From Octopus sinensis (Eukaryota), in NCBI RefSeq assembly GCF_006345805.1, contig NC_043001.1, positions 51,398,001 to 51,462,000 on the forward strand: a stretch of 64,000 nt of DNA, written 5' to 3'. This document shows, piece after piece, positions 12,449-27,318 of this stretch; within the stretch, counting starts at the first letter, position 1, and the number at the start of each line of letters is the position of its first letter. The notes beneath the pieces were generated by a model. That model was not told where the DNA came from. It was given only the letters and a program-made list of their open reading frames with translations, and searched no databases. The translations under genes and the position numbers were made by a program.

Positions 12449-15400
12449 TGTGAGTGTGCATGTTATTATCTTTGTGTTTGTCCACCACCACTGCTTGAAA
12501 ACTGGTATTGGTTTGATTACATCCCCATAAATTAATGGAAGGGTTGAGAAAAAGTGAGTGGAAGAATAACTGCCAGAGTGGAAAAAAAAACACTGGAGTT
12601 GATTTGTTTGACTTTAATGCAATGCCCAAGAATTGGCTGCAGTTCAATGACAGGAACAAGTAAAAGACAAAAGACAAAAGAATTATTAAAACTGGAATTT
12701 TTATTTTTCTAATAATTTCATCAACAGTGAAAGAAGAGGAGCCATGATCCTATTCAGAGTCTTTGAGAATGTAGAGAAGAAAGGATGATATTATAAAGAA
12801 GATATTATAATCAGAGTAGAAGCCTGGATTACATGCATGCTAGAGAATGGACTCAGTGAAAGCATTTATGTATCTGGTGGTGATGTTAAACCAGGCAATG
12901 AATAAATTCTACCACTCAATCAGACCTTCGGAGGACTTTTAGACAATTTCTGTCTTTCAACTTTCATTCACGAGGCTTTAATTAACTTACGGTTAAATCC
13001 ATGCACATTCAATGTAAACTTCTTAACCATCTCACCATACTTGGCCTGCACCTATCCCATTGAAGTACTCCATCTGTCATGATACTGTCTTGAGAATCCA
13101 TTGCCACATTGTCCTTTCATTAGTTTGTTTATTTCTTCAAGGATTTTGCATGACTAATGTCTTCTTAAAATGTTTTTATCACTTAGAAGAGCTAGCATCT
13201 GTAATCCTTTATAGGGCATCCAAAACCAGCAGCATAGAAGGAGAAAAATATCCTCATATTGGAGACCATGTCCAGGTGCTTGCAACTGAGTGAAACTCAT
13301 TAAAGGTACTGAAGGATGAGGTAATGGTTTTATATCAGGTGAGGGATTCTGTCTATAAGTCAAGTAGGTCATGGTTTGCCGTCAGAAACTAAGAAGGCAG
13401 AGTAAAATCAATTCTGCTAATTCTACCCCCCAGTTGAAATATATCAGTACTACTGTGATCCAGAATGATCAGTATCATATTGATTTCAACTTTCAAGTTT
13501 TTAGTAGGGAGTAAGTCAGTAACATTGACCCCAGTGTTCAACTAGTACTTATTTTATCAACCCTGAAAAGATGAAAGGCAAAGTCGACTTTGGTGGAATT
13601 TGAACTCAGAATGTAAAGATAGACGAAATACCGCTAAGTGTTTTGCTTGGTATGTCAACAATTCTGTCAGCTCACCATCTTAACGATTAGTATTATATTT
13701 ATATATTGACTAGACACTAGAACATGTTATATACTGAAATTTTACACTCTTCTGAATCAATATCAGTTACAAATTCTGAAGTGAAGTCTAGTTCAGCAGG
13801 ATTTGAACTCATAATATATAAAGATTACAGCAAATGCTGCAAAGTATTTAGTCTGGTGTTTCACTCTTCAATCAATTTATTTATTCCTTCCCTAGATTGT
13901 TGTATTATCAGGAACTTGAGTTTTCTTTACATATGTAAAACTATGAAATCTTAAAGCGTCATTTTAACTCTTTGAGCCCGCAACCCAATCCTGAGCAGCT
14001 CAGTATAGTTGACTCCTTGTATGTAGACTGCTCCAGAGTGGTTTGTAAACATGGCAATATCTGTATCATTTACCAGGAGTTCTGTAGAATTCTCTGGTGA
14101 AAAAGAGCCTAGGCACAGTGCTGACATCTACACTTCACTCAGGAAATCAAAAGTTGGAAAATTTTCCTTTTTTTAGCCAAAAAGATGACCAGGAAAATAA
14201 GAGTGTTTACTTATGGTTTCATCAATTGCAAATTAACACTCTATACATAATCGAACGATATGATGTATAACACTGTGCAATATGATTTTTGTCCTTGGGT
14301 AGGAACTGTTATTTCTTATTTGCTTACCCCTAGAAAGTATGAAAAATGGCTAATATTTCCTTCAAACTTTGCTTTTATTACATTTATTCAAACCCCAAAG
14401 AATCTTTTAACATATGTCTATGATGCTCCCTCACAACTCCTATTCATGATCAGAAATGCACATATTGTCAGCCACTAAACAACAGGTCAAACAACTGACA
14501 AACAAATCTGTGGTATTGAGCAGAAAATTTGCTATAATGATATTTCTGCTTCAGCAACTCAGCAATGAATCTGGCCGAAATACAATGGAAGATGGATAAG
14601 TTTCAAAACATTGATGTCCAGGTCACAAAAGCAATGTTTGAAGGGAATAGTAGTCATTTCCTTTCATTTCTAGATAAAAGCAAATAGGAAATAATACTTA
14701 CTGACCAAAGACCAAAAAATAAAAATTTTGTTACACAACGCAAGTGAATGGTGTGTCGTGTGTGTGTGTGTGTGTTTCTGTGTAAATATATATATATATA
14801 ATTGAATAAGGTATATTATTAGCTGTTTGGGAATTGCACTGAAGTGGGGCTGATTTCTTCACTGTGATTTGCTGTGTGAATAATCAGGACAATGGTTCTA
14901 TTGTAAAATATGTGTTAGTTCTGTGACTGACATGTAAGTCTAGTGCACATAGATTGTTTACCACTAGTCAGCTGATCTGAATATAAGCATATATTGGAAA
15001 GTTTCATGCATAAATATTGAGCAGATTTGCTCCACAGACATTAAAAACCGATATACCTTTTATTCATTAAATTACATAAAAACTATCCTGCACAAAGGTC
15101 ACATCTACAAAATGATATGTCTCACTAAAAAAGAGACATTTTGTGCTTTCCTATACATAAAATTCAGAAAATATATCAGAATTAATCATTCAACCACCTC
15201 AAAAATATGCATCAATTAGAAGTTGTGGGTTCAATATCTACTGAATTGTCTCAACTGGATCTATTTTTACAATTTATTTTATGATTATAAACACAAACAT
15301 ATCCTACATGAAATTCTAGGTTAGTGCTGAAAGAGTTTCTCTATTATCTAAATTAAATATACAATTAATTAATTAATTAATTAAAAAAAGACCATACATA

Positions 15401-18400
15401 CTGTTGTTGCCAATATAGTTTCCTCAGCATTGAATTCCATAGAGTTGATGCGCATTTTGTGAAGTTTAATCACCTGATACAGCTGCATGTCACAAGTACT
15501 TTTCCCTTTGCGAGTAATACCCTGGTCAACTGGTTTGCTTATTTCAAAGAGGCGCACAACACCATCTTCAAAACCAGCAATTATGTGAGATCCCTTGGGA
15601 CATAACTAAAATGGAAATGAAATAGAATCATTAACCCTTCAATCAAATTTAGAGAAAGATCAATTATTTACAAAAAGACATACCCCAATGTTGTAGTCGG
15701 TTTGCTGTATGGGTAGGCAACCCTTCCTTTGACCCATACATTGATAGCAGTGGCTGATGATCTGTTTGTAACAGAAAACTTCTACCATGTAGAAATCTGT
15801 GAAATTTTTACACTGTAAAGTTAATCAACAGGACTTTTTTTTCTGTCTAACTGTATTTTTTTCTCTTCTGCTATTAGTGAGCACGAAACCTGAATCACAG
15901 GTTTCGTACTTCTATCTTTATACATGTGTAGCAAAACTGCTCCTATTCCATACTCTGAAGCATCAGCTGCTACCATAATGTCCATGTCAGGATTGAAATG
16001 CACTAGAAACAAATCGATCATTAGAATTTTTTTTATTTATTCAAATGCATTTTGGCATTTAACCAACCAATTCCATTTCACTTCCTTCTTTGATAAATTC
16101 ATTCAATGGAATTAACTAAGATAACACAAGATGTATATTAGACTGAGGAAGTTTTTCTATCTGTTAAGCTCTTCTAAATTTGATATTATGTGTGGAATGA
16201 TTGCTGTATGAAAAACAGAATTGTGTTAGCATAATGACTGCATAATCAGAAATTTGCTGTTTCTCAGTCTCTGTGGATCAAATTCCACCCTTGTTTCACT
16301 GATTGTCATTTTACAAATAACCACTCCTCAAGCTTTGAAAAAAGATAAATAAGTAAAGAGAAAAGCTGATTATTTGATTATTTTGATGAAATGGAAGCTA
16401 ATCTGGTGCAGTGACTTATTAACCATAATTTTTATACTTTATTTTGTCTCTTTAGATATACAGATTTTATGAAGCAGGGATAGACACAACTGTCTTCACA
16501 CAACATACTTCAAATTACACCACTAAACATAATACTCCAATAAATACAAATTCTAAACGATCTCAACTACTTCCTAAGACTTCCACAAACTTTCAACAAT
16601 CTCATCAACTCCCTACAACTTCCACGAATCCTTCATCTTCTACATTTCAATACACTACTCTTTATAAGAATTCAGCTAATCCATTCTTCCAATTCCACAG
16701 GAGTGTCAATGGTACATGCCACAACATCTCTCCCTTTGAGGTTTACTTCCTAGGGAAGTTTAATATTTCTTCTGCTTAGGCACCACTACCAACCATTCTG
16801 TTTGTTTCCCCTTTCTTGTGCTGCTACACCTAGGTTCGACTCCTTGTGTTATGGAAACATCAAAGGTGTCGTAGAGCACTTCCATGGGTATCTCTTTTAT
16901 TTTCTCCATATTTCTATTTTTTAGCTGCTTTTGTGTTCCCACTTTTCGCCTCTTATCATATACGCCATTTTGCCTATTTGTTTTGTTACTTCTCTGTCTT
17001 CCCAGCCTTCTCTTCCATTTTTATATATTTTGAAAAACACCTTGTCACCAATATCAAAATACTTTGTCATATTTTTAATGTTTCCTTTATTTGTCTTTCT
17101 TACTGGTAACAGCTTATCAAAAATTGACATTATTTTTCGAGCAAACAGTTCTGCAGGCAACTTGCAGTGTTTGGTTTTGCTGTTATCCTATAAACCCTCA
17201 AGAATTGTATCAATGTTGCGTCATCAACTAGCTCGTTTCTTGATTTCTATAATGCTCCTTTAATTGTATCCATGAACTGTTCCACTTGCCCATTTAATCT
17301 TGGGTGACATGGTGGTGTAGAGATGTATTCAATTGCATACATTTTGCAAAAATTTTTTAATTCAAATGCCATAAACCATGTACCATTATCAGACACTATG
17401 GTGTCTGATACACCATATTTTACAAAGAGTTCATGAAGAAATTCTATTGTTATGGTAGAGGTTGGTTTCCTACATCTACATCTACATCTCTAGCCTTACG
17501 TGATACACACAGACCTGGGTTTCTGGGTAGTAACCCATCATTAGTGTGTGATAATCACCAGCTATCTCTTTATTATAGGCACAAGGCCTGATATATAGAA
17601 GGGACATACAACGGTAGACTTACAAGGTCCCTTTTCCGGAATCCACTTATCTATGATGAAATATACTGCTCTAGTACTGTTCTGACCTCATCTACAGAAT
17701 TCATATTTTTTTCCATCCAAATGATTTTGAAGACTGCAGATAATCAAATGGGGCAATGTCTGGTGAATATGGTGGGTGGGGCATCGTTTCCCATTCAAAC
17801 TACTTCAGCCTTTAGAATGTCATCCTGCATGTATGTGGCCGAACATTATCCTGATGGAAGAGCACCCATCATCTTGAAACCAAAGATGATTGGTTTTTTT
17901 TCTAGCACTGACTTAAGCCACTCAAGCTGCTTGCAGCAGATCTCCTTTGATATCATTTGGTTTGGGTTTAAAAGTTCAAAATGGACTAAATTTTTCATAT
18001 CCCACCAAACAGAAAGCAACGTCTTACATAGGTAAACACCTTCTTTAGCCTGGGTTACCCTTGTTTCTCTTTTCCCTACCCACTGTCTTCGGCACTTGAC
18101 ATTTTTATAGAGAAGCCATTTCACGTCACCGGTCAATATTCGGTCCAAAAGAGGTTCATTCATGAGATGTGACAGCAAAGAAGAGCGCATATTCATTCTC
18201 TGTGCATGATTAGACTTGGAAAGTGTTTGAGGAACCCATTGACTCAATTTGCTGACATTTTTGAGTGCAAGCAGGTGTTGATGAATGGTTGAATGACCAA
18301 ATCCAAGCTTCTCTGCTAGTTCTTCAATAGTTATGATGGGATTTTGTTCCACCAGGGTTTGCAGGACATCCTCGTTAAGCTTTATAGATATTCCAGGATA

Positions 18401-21400
18401 AGGCTTGTCTTCTAGGCTGTAGTTTCTGGCTCAGAATTTCTGGAACCACTATTCACATTGGCTTACGCTTATTGTCCAATCTCCATATTCTGCATTAGTA
18501 TTCCTCACACTTTCCATTGCATTGTTGCCTTTATTGAACTCATAAAGCAAAATATGCTGAATATGCTCCTTTGTCATTTCTATTATAGCTTTGTAAAAAT
18601 AATTGTTAAAATTGAACTGCACACTTCAAAACTTGCACTAAGAATAAGCACAAGGTAAAATTACTACCTACTTTTATAGCAAGTTGATGCAGGTAGATTA
18701 TCCCATCCCCCTCCGACTTTTACTTCATGCAACTGAAAACATAGCATTATTTGTGGGATGACCCAACACACACACACGCACACACACGCACACACACGCA
18801 CACACATGCACACACACACACACATCCATATACAAAGATCTATTAAAATTTTTAGTGTACCATATCCACTTTCAAGGCATTGATCAAGCAAGGGCTAAAG
18901 AGAAGCACCTTTCCAAGGAGTGGTTGTGAAACAAACTTTTGAAACTATACAGTAATGCGAGTGGCTGTGTTGGTATGAATCAAAATGCTATTTGATAAAG
19001 CGTTTGCCCCCCCCCCCCTGGAAATATCACTGGTGTGCTAGCCATCAGAAATGAGGAACTAAGAAATGCAATAATGCCCTATAATAAGAAGTTAATGTAT
19101 GAGGAATTTGAATGGAAATATAAAGCACGTTCTCAAATGCATTTAATGAAAGGTAATAGCTGTTGAGGTTATCTGCAGTATGATTAGTAAGGCTTTGAAA
19201 AGGATGAGGAAAAACAGCAGAGTAAAATCATCAGAAATTTTTGTGGTGTGGTTTATCAGGCTTTCTGGTCATTCTCTAAATTTTCTAAATGTAATGCAGG
19301 AAGGTTATATTGAAATGACTGAGATTGCAATAAGATTTTTATGTTATTATCAGTCCAAGTATGCTTGAGGTATGTTTGAACAGGGGAACAAGCTACTCAC
19401 TGTGTTTTGTCACAGAAAAGATATTCCGTTTGTTGACAAATGGGTGTGTATACACCTAGATCATAGTGTTGCCTCACTAGTGTCTGTGCCCGAAGAAGAG
19501 ATAACTAATCCAAAATGCTAGCATTTCACAGTCTGGGTAGGTGATGCTGTGAGATGATCTAGGTGTATACACACCTTTTGTCAACAAATGGGATATATTT
19601 TCTGTGACAAAATGCTTTAAGTAGCTTGTTCACCGATTCAAACATGCCTCAAGCATATTCAAACTAATAACATTACAATTTACTTATCACTGCTTAGCGC
19701 TCCCCCTCCGTAATGCAATAAGATTGTCAACTGACATAATGTAAAGCAAATGACTGCAGTGAGACAATTATAAATGCTTCACACTGATAGATCAACTTTT
19801 GAAAATAGTTGAGGGAGTTTTTGCAAAATTAATTCAGGATAGATTTAACCTGGATAAAATGCATTTGAATTCATACATTGGCACAGAACCATATGTGCTA
19901 TATCTTTGAGACAATGGTGAGAGAAGTACAGAAAGATGTCTACAAGAGCTTTGTCCTCATGATGTCCCTCACTTTTTTTTCTCTGTTTATGTTATGTATG
20001 TGCATGTGTGCATGCAGAAATTTGCATGTGTTCAAATTTTGTCTTTCTTTGTTTAGCATGTGTACATCCATACCAACAACCATTGATAAAATTTCTTCTA
20101 AAAAATCCATTGTTTTCTTGAAAACCTGTGTGCACACATTAAAAAATTTTTTTTTTTTGTTCACTACTCTGCAAAAGAAGTGTATCTATATAAGTACAAA
20201 GTTTAGAGAGTTTTTACCCTTTTTTTCATTCAATTTTTTTTTTATGGTAGAAATAATGCAAGAGTTCAAGAATGACTCCACTTGGACACTGATCTGTCAA
20301 CCAGTGGCAACCATTAACTTTCTTATTTCAAATATTAAAAACAGAACTAATATTTCTAACCAGTTATATCAAAGATTCCTTACCTTTTCTGAAATCCAAA
20401 TCAAACATGTCCCTCCAGCAACAAACCTCTTCTCAGATAACTGTTTATTAGAGTCAATGTCAAAGATACGAATAGTGTCTGCAAAAATGACAGCAGTATT
20501 AGATATTGAGTGCTAACATTAAAGGATCTATCTTCAAAGTAAAAAAAATATCGCTTGGATGATATAAATCCTTTGATCATTTTATACACTGACATATTCA
20601 AATCTATATTCCCGTCTTGTTTATTTTGGCTGTAGGGCAGATGTTGTCAAATAAGACAGATACCTGAAGAAGTCTTTAGACTTCTTCTGGTATCTGTCCT
20701 ATTAGACAACATTCCTGAATTATTTTCAAAACAAACCTTTTATTAACTCCACAGAAGTAGATTGTTCTTAAGCCATTAACAAGGATATTATCCTACTTGT
20801 GATGCTGCTTGCTCAGTCTTCTTGAACGAGTCGATGCTGTCTGAAAGATCTGGTGATCAAAGTTATGATGGCTAAATTACTACACTTAACACATAATCAA
20901 TCCTTATAGTTATTATCTCATTAAGCAATAAAAATTAGGCGCTTTAAATCTAACATTTTTTTTTCATGATTGTGGGTTAAATGTTTACTTTCTTAATTAA
21001 AGGGTGCCTCATTATTTTGTTATAGTACCATAAAACTACATCATACATAAGTAACATACAAAAAATACTTTCTAAATTCTTTTGAAGCTGCATTAATCAG
21101 CTTTCAGTTTAAATATTGATAGTTAGGGTAAGCAAGATCAGCAAATTCACACATATTCAAAGACTTGCTGGGGGAGTTTATTCTTAATGGACGTTACTCA
21201 GTCATAAAGCATAAGTGTTATTGAGTCTTTTATGACAAGATAAACAGAAGCAGCTTGCATAATGTACCTTAATTAGCAGCTGAACATATCCGCCCTTTGC
21301 AATCCTTGAAAACAAAATATATAATCCATTAGACCAATACCCAGAGCTTGTAAAAATACCAAATCTGAAACTAAACACATAACTTTACTGTACATACATA

Positions 21401-24400
21401 TATGCAAACATAAATGCACGCGCGCACACACACACACAAGCAGCAAAACTGATAACTGATACAGACTTTGTGGAGATAACACTGGAGATATTATCACATC
21501 ATAAGCAGTTGTCCAAAAATGTCATCATGGTATTATCTACCAGCGAGATATGATGTTATAACTAGGACACTGTAAAATGAGATCCGTCAGAATGATAATC
21601 TTGAGGCCAAAGAAATAAGAACACACAGCATGGTAGAAGCCATAGCCACCATAGGAAGCTATATTGGTGGAATACCCCAGTGAAAACCTCAATATTATGT
21701 ATACATAATAGACCTGATATAATGATTTGGGATAAAGAAGAGAAAGTGTGTACAGTAGTGGAAATCAGCTGCCCAGCAGATGTTAAGATAAAGATCAGTA
21801 GAAAAACAAAATACCTATGCTGAACTATTGAGAAGTTAACAGTTACTCTACCCAGATTACAAGTCAGGTTTATACCTGTAATTATTGGGGCATTGGGATT
21901 GGTAACATACTGCCAATGCACCAATCTTAAGAAATTAGGCTTCTCAAAACTATTAAGGAGAAAGCTGATTCAAAGACTACATATACAAACTATCACTGGA
22001 ACTGTAAAAACCTGTAAAACTTTCCAGAAGTTTATCATTTAAGTATATATGCGTATGTCTAGACATGCAAATATATGCATGAAAATATTGGGTTGGAAAC
22101 TAAGTTCCCGCTGTTTTTTTAAATTTTGGAATTTATTGTGCTTTTAAATTTTTTAATCTATTTTTTTCGAGAATTCTATTTTTGAATCATTTTGGAATGT
22201 ATTTTGTTTTTTTCTAGTTAATTTTAATTGATTTTTGTTTATTTTCAGATCATTAAAATGGAATGTCAAGTTTAGAAAAACAAGCATTTTCGACACCTAC
22301 TTCTTTTTGCTTTTAATCAAAAGCTGTTCACAACATTTGTGCTGTGTATGGAGAGGGTGCCATAGCTGAAAGAACCACTCATGATTGGTATGCCAAGTTC
22401 AGAAATGGAAATTTTGACCTCAAAGACACACCTCGTTCTGGCTGACCAGTTGAGTTCGATGAAGAGCAATTAAACCAACTTTTGCATGAAAATTCTTGTC
22501 AAATGACAAGGGAACTAGCGGAGAAAAGGAAATGCTCCAACACTGCTATAGAGAAGCATCTTCACTCGATGGGAAAGGTTCAGAAGTATGGAGCATGGGT
22601 TCTGCATGCTTTAAGTGACAACAACAAAAATCAATGAGCTACAATCTCCACTGGTTTGCTTGCACGTCAACACTCAATTCATGGACACAAGCAACGATTT
22701 CTTTACCGAATCGTTTCTGGTGATGAACAATGGTGCCTGTACATGAATATGAAACAGCATAAGGAATGGCTTAGCCCCGGTAAACAAGCGACACTGCGTG
22801 TGAAACAAGATCTTCATTCATGTAAAATGATGTTATGTGTATGGTGGGACTGGGAAGGGATTATCCATTACGAATTGCTTGAACAGAGCCAAACGGTCAA
22901 TGCGGGACTCTATGTTCAACAGATGGAACAACTCAACACGGCTATCCAAGAGAAAAGACCTAATCGTCAGCACAGAGTTCTTCTGCTGCACAACAAAGCC
23001 CACCCTCATCGCCATTATGACTAAGGAAGCCATTCAAATGCATGGCTGGAAAGTGCTGCCATACCCGCCATGCTCTCCTGATTTGGTACCAATGGATTTC
23101 CACCTCTTTCAATCTCTTTCAAATGCTATGCGTGGAGTTTTGTTCAATACTGATGCAGAATTTTGAGTTGAAATCTGATGATTTCTACCAATGAGGTATT
23201 GAGAATCTTGTTGAATGTTTGGGAGAAATTGTAAACAACAAGGGTGAATACATTATTGATTAATTAGTTGTTATTTTTTATTAAACCTTTTAAAAAATTT
23301 AAATTTAAAAAAGACGGCAGGAACTTAGTTGCCAACCTAATACATCCATAAAACAAAATATACAAAATCTGCACATGTATGGACTCCAAATATTGCACAT
23401 AAACATACATACAAAAATACTCTGTTGATGAATGAGCCTTGGATCTAGGTTAGAAACCAACTCTTTCTCTATTGGCAAGAAATCTTACAATAAAACTGAA
23501 TAATGATATACACACATACATATATGTGTGTATGTATGTGTGAATTTGCAAACACACACGCACACATGTATGCACAGACAATGTGTCTAGGACTGTATTA
23601 TCGAATATGGCTATCTTGCTTAAAGATGATTGGGTGTGAATTGAGATAAATTTGGCTGCTATATCAAGTTAAGCAACCATATAAACAATTTCCACTGGAT
23701 CATTATGTTGTTCTTGCTGTGATACGAAGTAGGCACAAACATTTAGGAAGAGATTTTTCTGAGAAACAAAGGTCCATAACTCAAATGTTCATCTCCCAAC
23801 TTATAAACACTCCATCATACACATTTTCTGTTTTCTTTTTTTTTATTTCCAATTGGATTCATGCTATCAAAGCCTGGTTTTTGAGATAAACCTACTAATT
23901 CTAGTGACACAACAATTCAAGTGACACACCTAATCATTCTAGTGACATACATTTACCAATTCTAATGACATTGTCAATTCTAGTGACCCATCAACCAATT
24001 CTAATAATGCAACTATCAATTCTAATGTTACTTGTATCCATTTTAGTGACTCATTGATTCTAATGCCTCACATAACAATGCTAGTGACACACCAATCAAT
24101 TCTAGTGACATATCTACCAATTCTTGTGACACATCTATCAATTCTAATGAAACATCTACTAATTTTTGTGACACACCTACCAATTCTAGTGACACAAATT
24201 CTATGACACATGTATCAATTCTAGGGACACACCTATCAATGTTAGTGATACACCTACCAATTCTAGTGACACACATACCAATATTAGTGACACATCTATC
24301 AATGCTAATGACGCACCTACTAATTTTAGTGACATATCTACCAATTCTAGTGACACAAATTCTATGGCACATGCATCAATTCTAGTGATACACCTACCAA

Positions 24401-27287
24401 TTCTAGCGACCCATCTAACAATTGTTACTACTATCAACTCTAATTGTTAGTACTATCAACTCTAATGATGCATGCCTACTAATTCTAGTGACACATACCA
24501 ACCACTTCTAGTGACATACGGACCAAATATTGTGACATATCTGCTAATTTTAGTGACATACTTATCAATGCTAACGAGAATACTTTTCATAAGTAACTTT
24601 TGTAGAATGTTAAACAACAATTCACAAGAGAAAAGCTGATTATATAAAGTCCAAAGCAGTGAAACAAAAGAAACAGAATCACCATATACAAACCCATGAC
24701 TGATCTATTAACAATCAGAAAGAAAATTATCCCTAACAAGAAAATTACAGCAAAGCTGCATGATAGTGGTGTTAGACATGGCATGCAGACCATCATATAA
24801 CTTGTTTGTCATTGCATTTTTATTCTTCTCTTCCATTTTATTTTGACATGCATATTGCATATTTATTTTTCTCTTCTGTTTTATGAATTCAGTGTGCACA
24901 TGCACATTGCATGTTCATACTTCTCTTTCTGGTTCCTACTCAAAACTGTTTACAGATCACAACCATCTCATGAACTAAGAGTTTTATGCTCTGATGGTTG
25001 TGATAAAAATTTTCATTTTAAATCTGTCATATAATCATCATCATCATTGTTCGACCGTGGTCGAGACAATGGAATTTACCATGCTACGCCAGACTTCACG
25101 GTCCATCATAGCATTACGGAGGTCCTGTTGCTGGATGCCTGTATCCCTGGAGATTACATCAGGGTAGGAGAGTGTGCACCCTCTGGTATTGCGAGTAGAT
25201 GGCTTCCAGAGGAGAAGAGTAGAAATTGCCTCGTTTTCAGCTCTACAACAATGTCCAGCAAACTGGATTCTCCTACCTTTCACAAGAGATGACACATATA
25301 ATAATACATCTCCACTTAACTACTGATATGTTATATTTGTTTGTTTTTTGTTAGTTTTGGAGTACGAATGAAAACTGAAGGTTACTCACGGTCCACACCA
25401 GTTGTAGCCAACAGGTTAGCTATTGGAGAACAGTCTATAGCTTTTATAGATCCAGCATGAAAGGAAAACAGTTTTTTTGGTACCCGAGATGTGTGAGAAA
25501 AGGTAAGATCTAACTCCCAAATGCCTCCATTAGCATCCTGGAAAAAAAAATAAAGAACCACTGAAAGATAGCAGACTGGGAAATATGTGACAGTGTCTCA
25601 CTGCAGTATGAGACAACAGAAATCTAACCTACATCTAAATTTTACCAAATCTGGTGCCCATCAAGATTTGTCTTTTATTTTTTATTTGTTTCAGTCATTA
25701 GGCTGGTACTTATTCTATCAGTCCCTTTTGCTGAAATGCTAAGTTATGGGGATATAAACACACCAACACCAGTTGCCAAGCAGTTATGGGAGACAAACAC
25801 AGACACAAGGGCACACACACACGTATGACAGGTTTCTTTCAGTTTCTTATTTCTTTATTGCCCACAAGGGGCTAAGCATAGAGGGGACAAACAAGGACAG
25901 ACAAGGGGATTAAGTCAATTACATCGACCCCAGTGTGTAACTGGTACTTAATTTATCGACCCCGAAAGGATGAAAGGCAAAGTCAACCTTGGCAGAATTT
26001 GAATTCAGAATGTAACAGTAGACGAAATACCGCTAAGCATCTTGCCTGGTGTGCTATCGTTTCTGCCAGCTCACTACCTTCTTTCAGTTTCTGTCTACCA
26101 AATCCACACACAAGGCTTCCTTCTTTCAGTTTCTGTCTACCAAATCCACATACAGGGCTTTGGTTGGTCCAAGGCTATAGTAGAAGATACCTGCCCCAGA
26201 GGCCATGCAGTGGAACTGAACCGGGAGCCATGTGGTTGGGAAGCAACAGTCACAAATCATCTTCACAACCTCCTTTGAGAAGGTATTTATTTTCACTGCT
26301 AGAAAGCCTTCCCTACATATAAGCATTAAGTACAAGTTATTGAGATATCTGTTGTCAGAGATGTACTATTTCAATATACAGAGACCTTAAGGTGTTGAGC
26401 TGACAGAGATTTGTCAGCACACTGGGCAAAATGCTTGGTGACATTTTGTGTGTCTTTCCATTCTGAGTTCAAGTTTCACCAAGGTTGACTTTGCTTTCTA
26501 TCCTTTCAGAGTTGATGAAATAAGTGCAAGTTGAGTACTGGGATCCATGTAATCGATTTACTTTCTCCCATGAACTTGTTGACCTTGTGCTAAAATTTGA
26601 AACCAATATAGAGAGACCTCAAAAACATCTTCCAATGGAGACATGACAAACTAGTTTCTATCAACTGCTCCAATATACAGGCATCCCCCTCCTCCTCCTC
26701 ACTTCCCCTGCTCCCCTCCACCACCACCACCACCATCACCACCAGCAAGATGACAGTGCTGGCAAGGTCATGTTTTTCAGATGGATGAGTACAGTTGTGT
26801 GAAAAAGTGTCACACCCTAACAGTCAAGGGAATCTATGGAAGAGGTAGACCCAAGAAGACCTGGGATGAGGTGGTGAACATTGGGCCTCACAAAGGCAAC
26901 GACAAGCAGCCGAGACCTTTGGAGATATGCTAGGCTCAAGAAGAACTGGCAAGCCAAGCGAGATCATAGCCATGGCTGATGTCAGTATTGCATAGCCAGC
27001 TTGTTTGAAAGTACCCATCAATCATTGGACAATATGCTGTGCTTGAGATGACCTGTTGAGTCAAGTGAAATTGTTGTCATAGCCAATGTCAGTGCCGCCT
27101 GACTGGCACCTGTGCTGGTGGCACATAAAAAACACCATTCTAGCATGGCTAATGCCAGTGCTGGTGGCACATAAAAAGCATCATTCGAGTGTGGGCGATG
27201 CCAATGCCACCCAACTGGCTTACCAGTCCTCAGTCAAACTGACCAACCCATGCCAGCATGGAAAACGAACATTAAACGATGATGATG

Positions 27288-27318
<31 letters not shown>

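Noticed and set aside
19878-20516. 212-aa plus-strand ORF
   Set aside because: Low-complexity F/L/K composition from AT-rich DNA, antisense to a real exon, with no recognisable domain.
21268-21364. Exon-like segment on the minus strand (tttcag...AAG|gtac) reading [32 protein letters not shown]
   Set aside because: The open frame needs phase 2 entry but the flanking CFAP44 junction is phase 1, and that frame hits a stop. No resemblance to CFAP44.
24043-24437. Heptad-repeat ORFs resembling coiled coils
   Set aside because: Explained by the 21-bp minisatellite; no splice context or start evidence.
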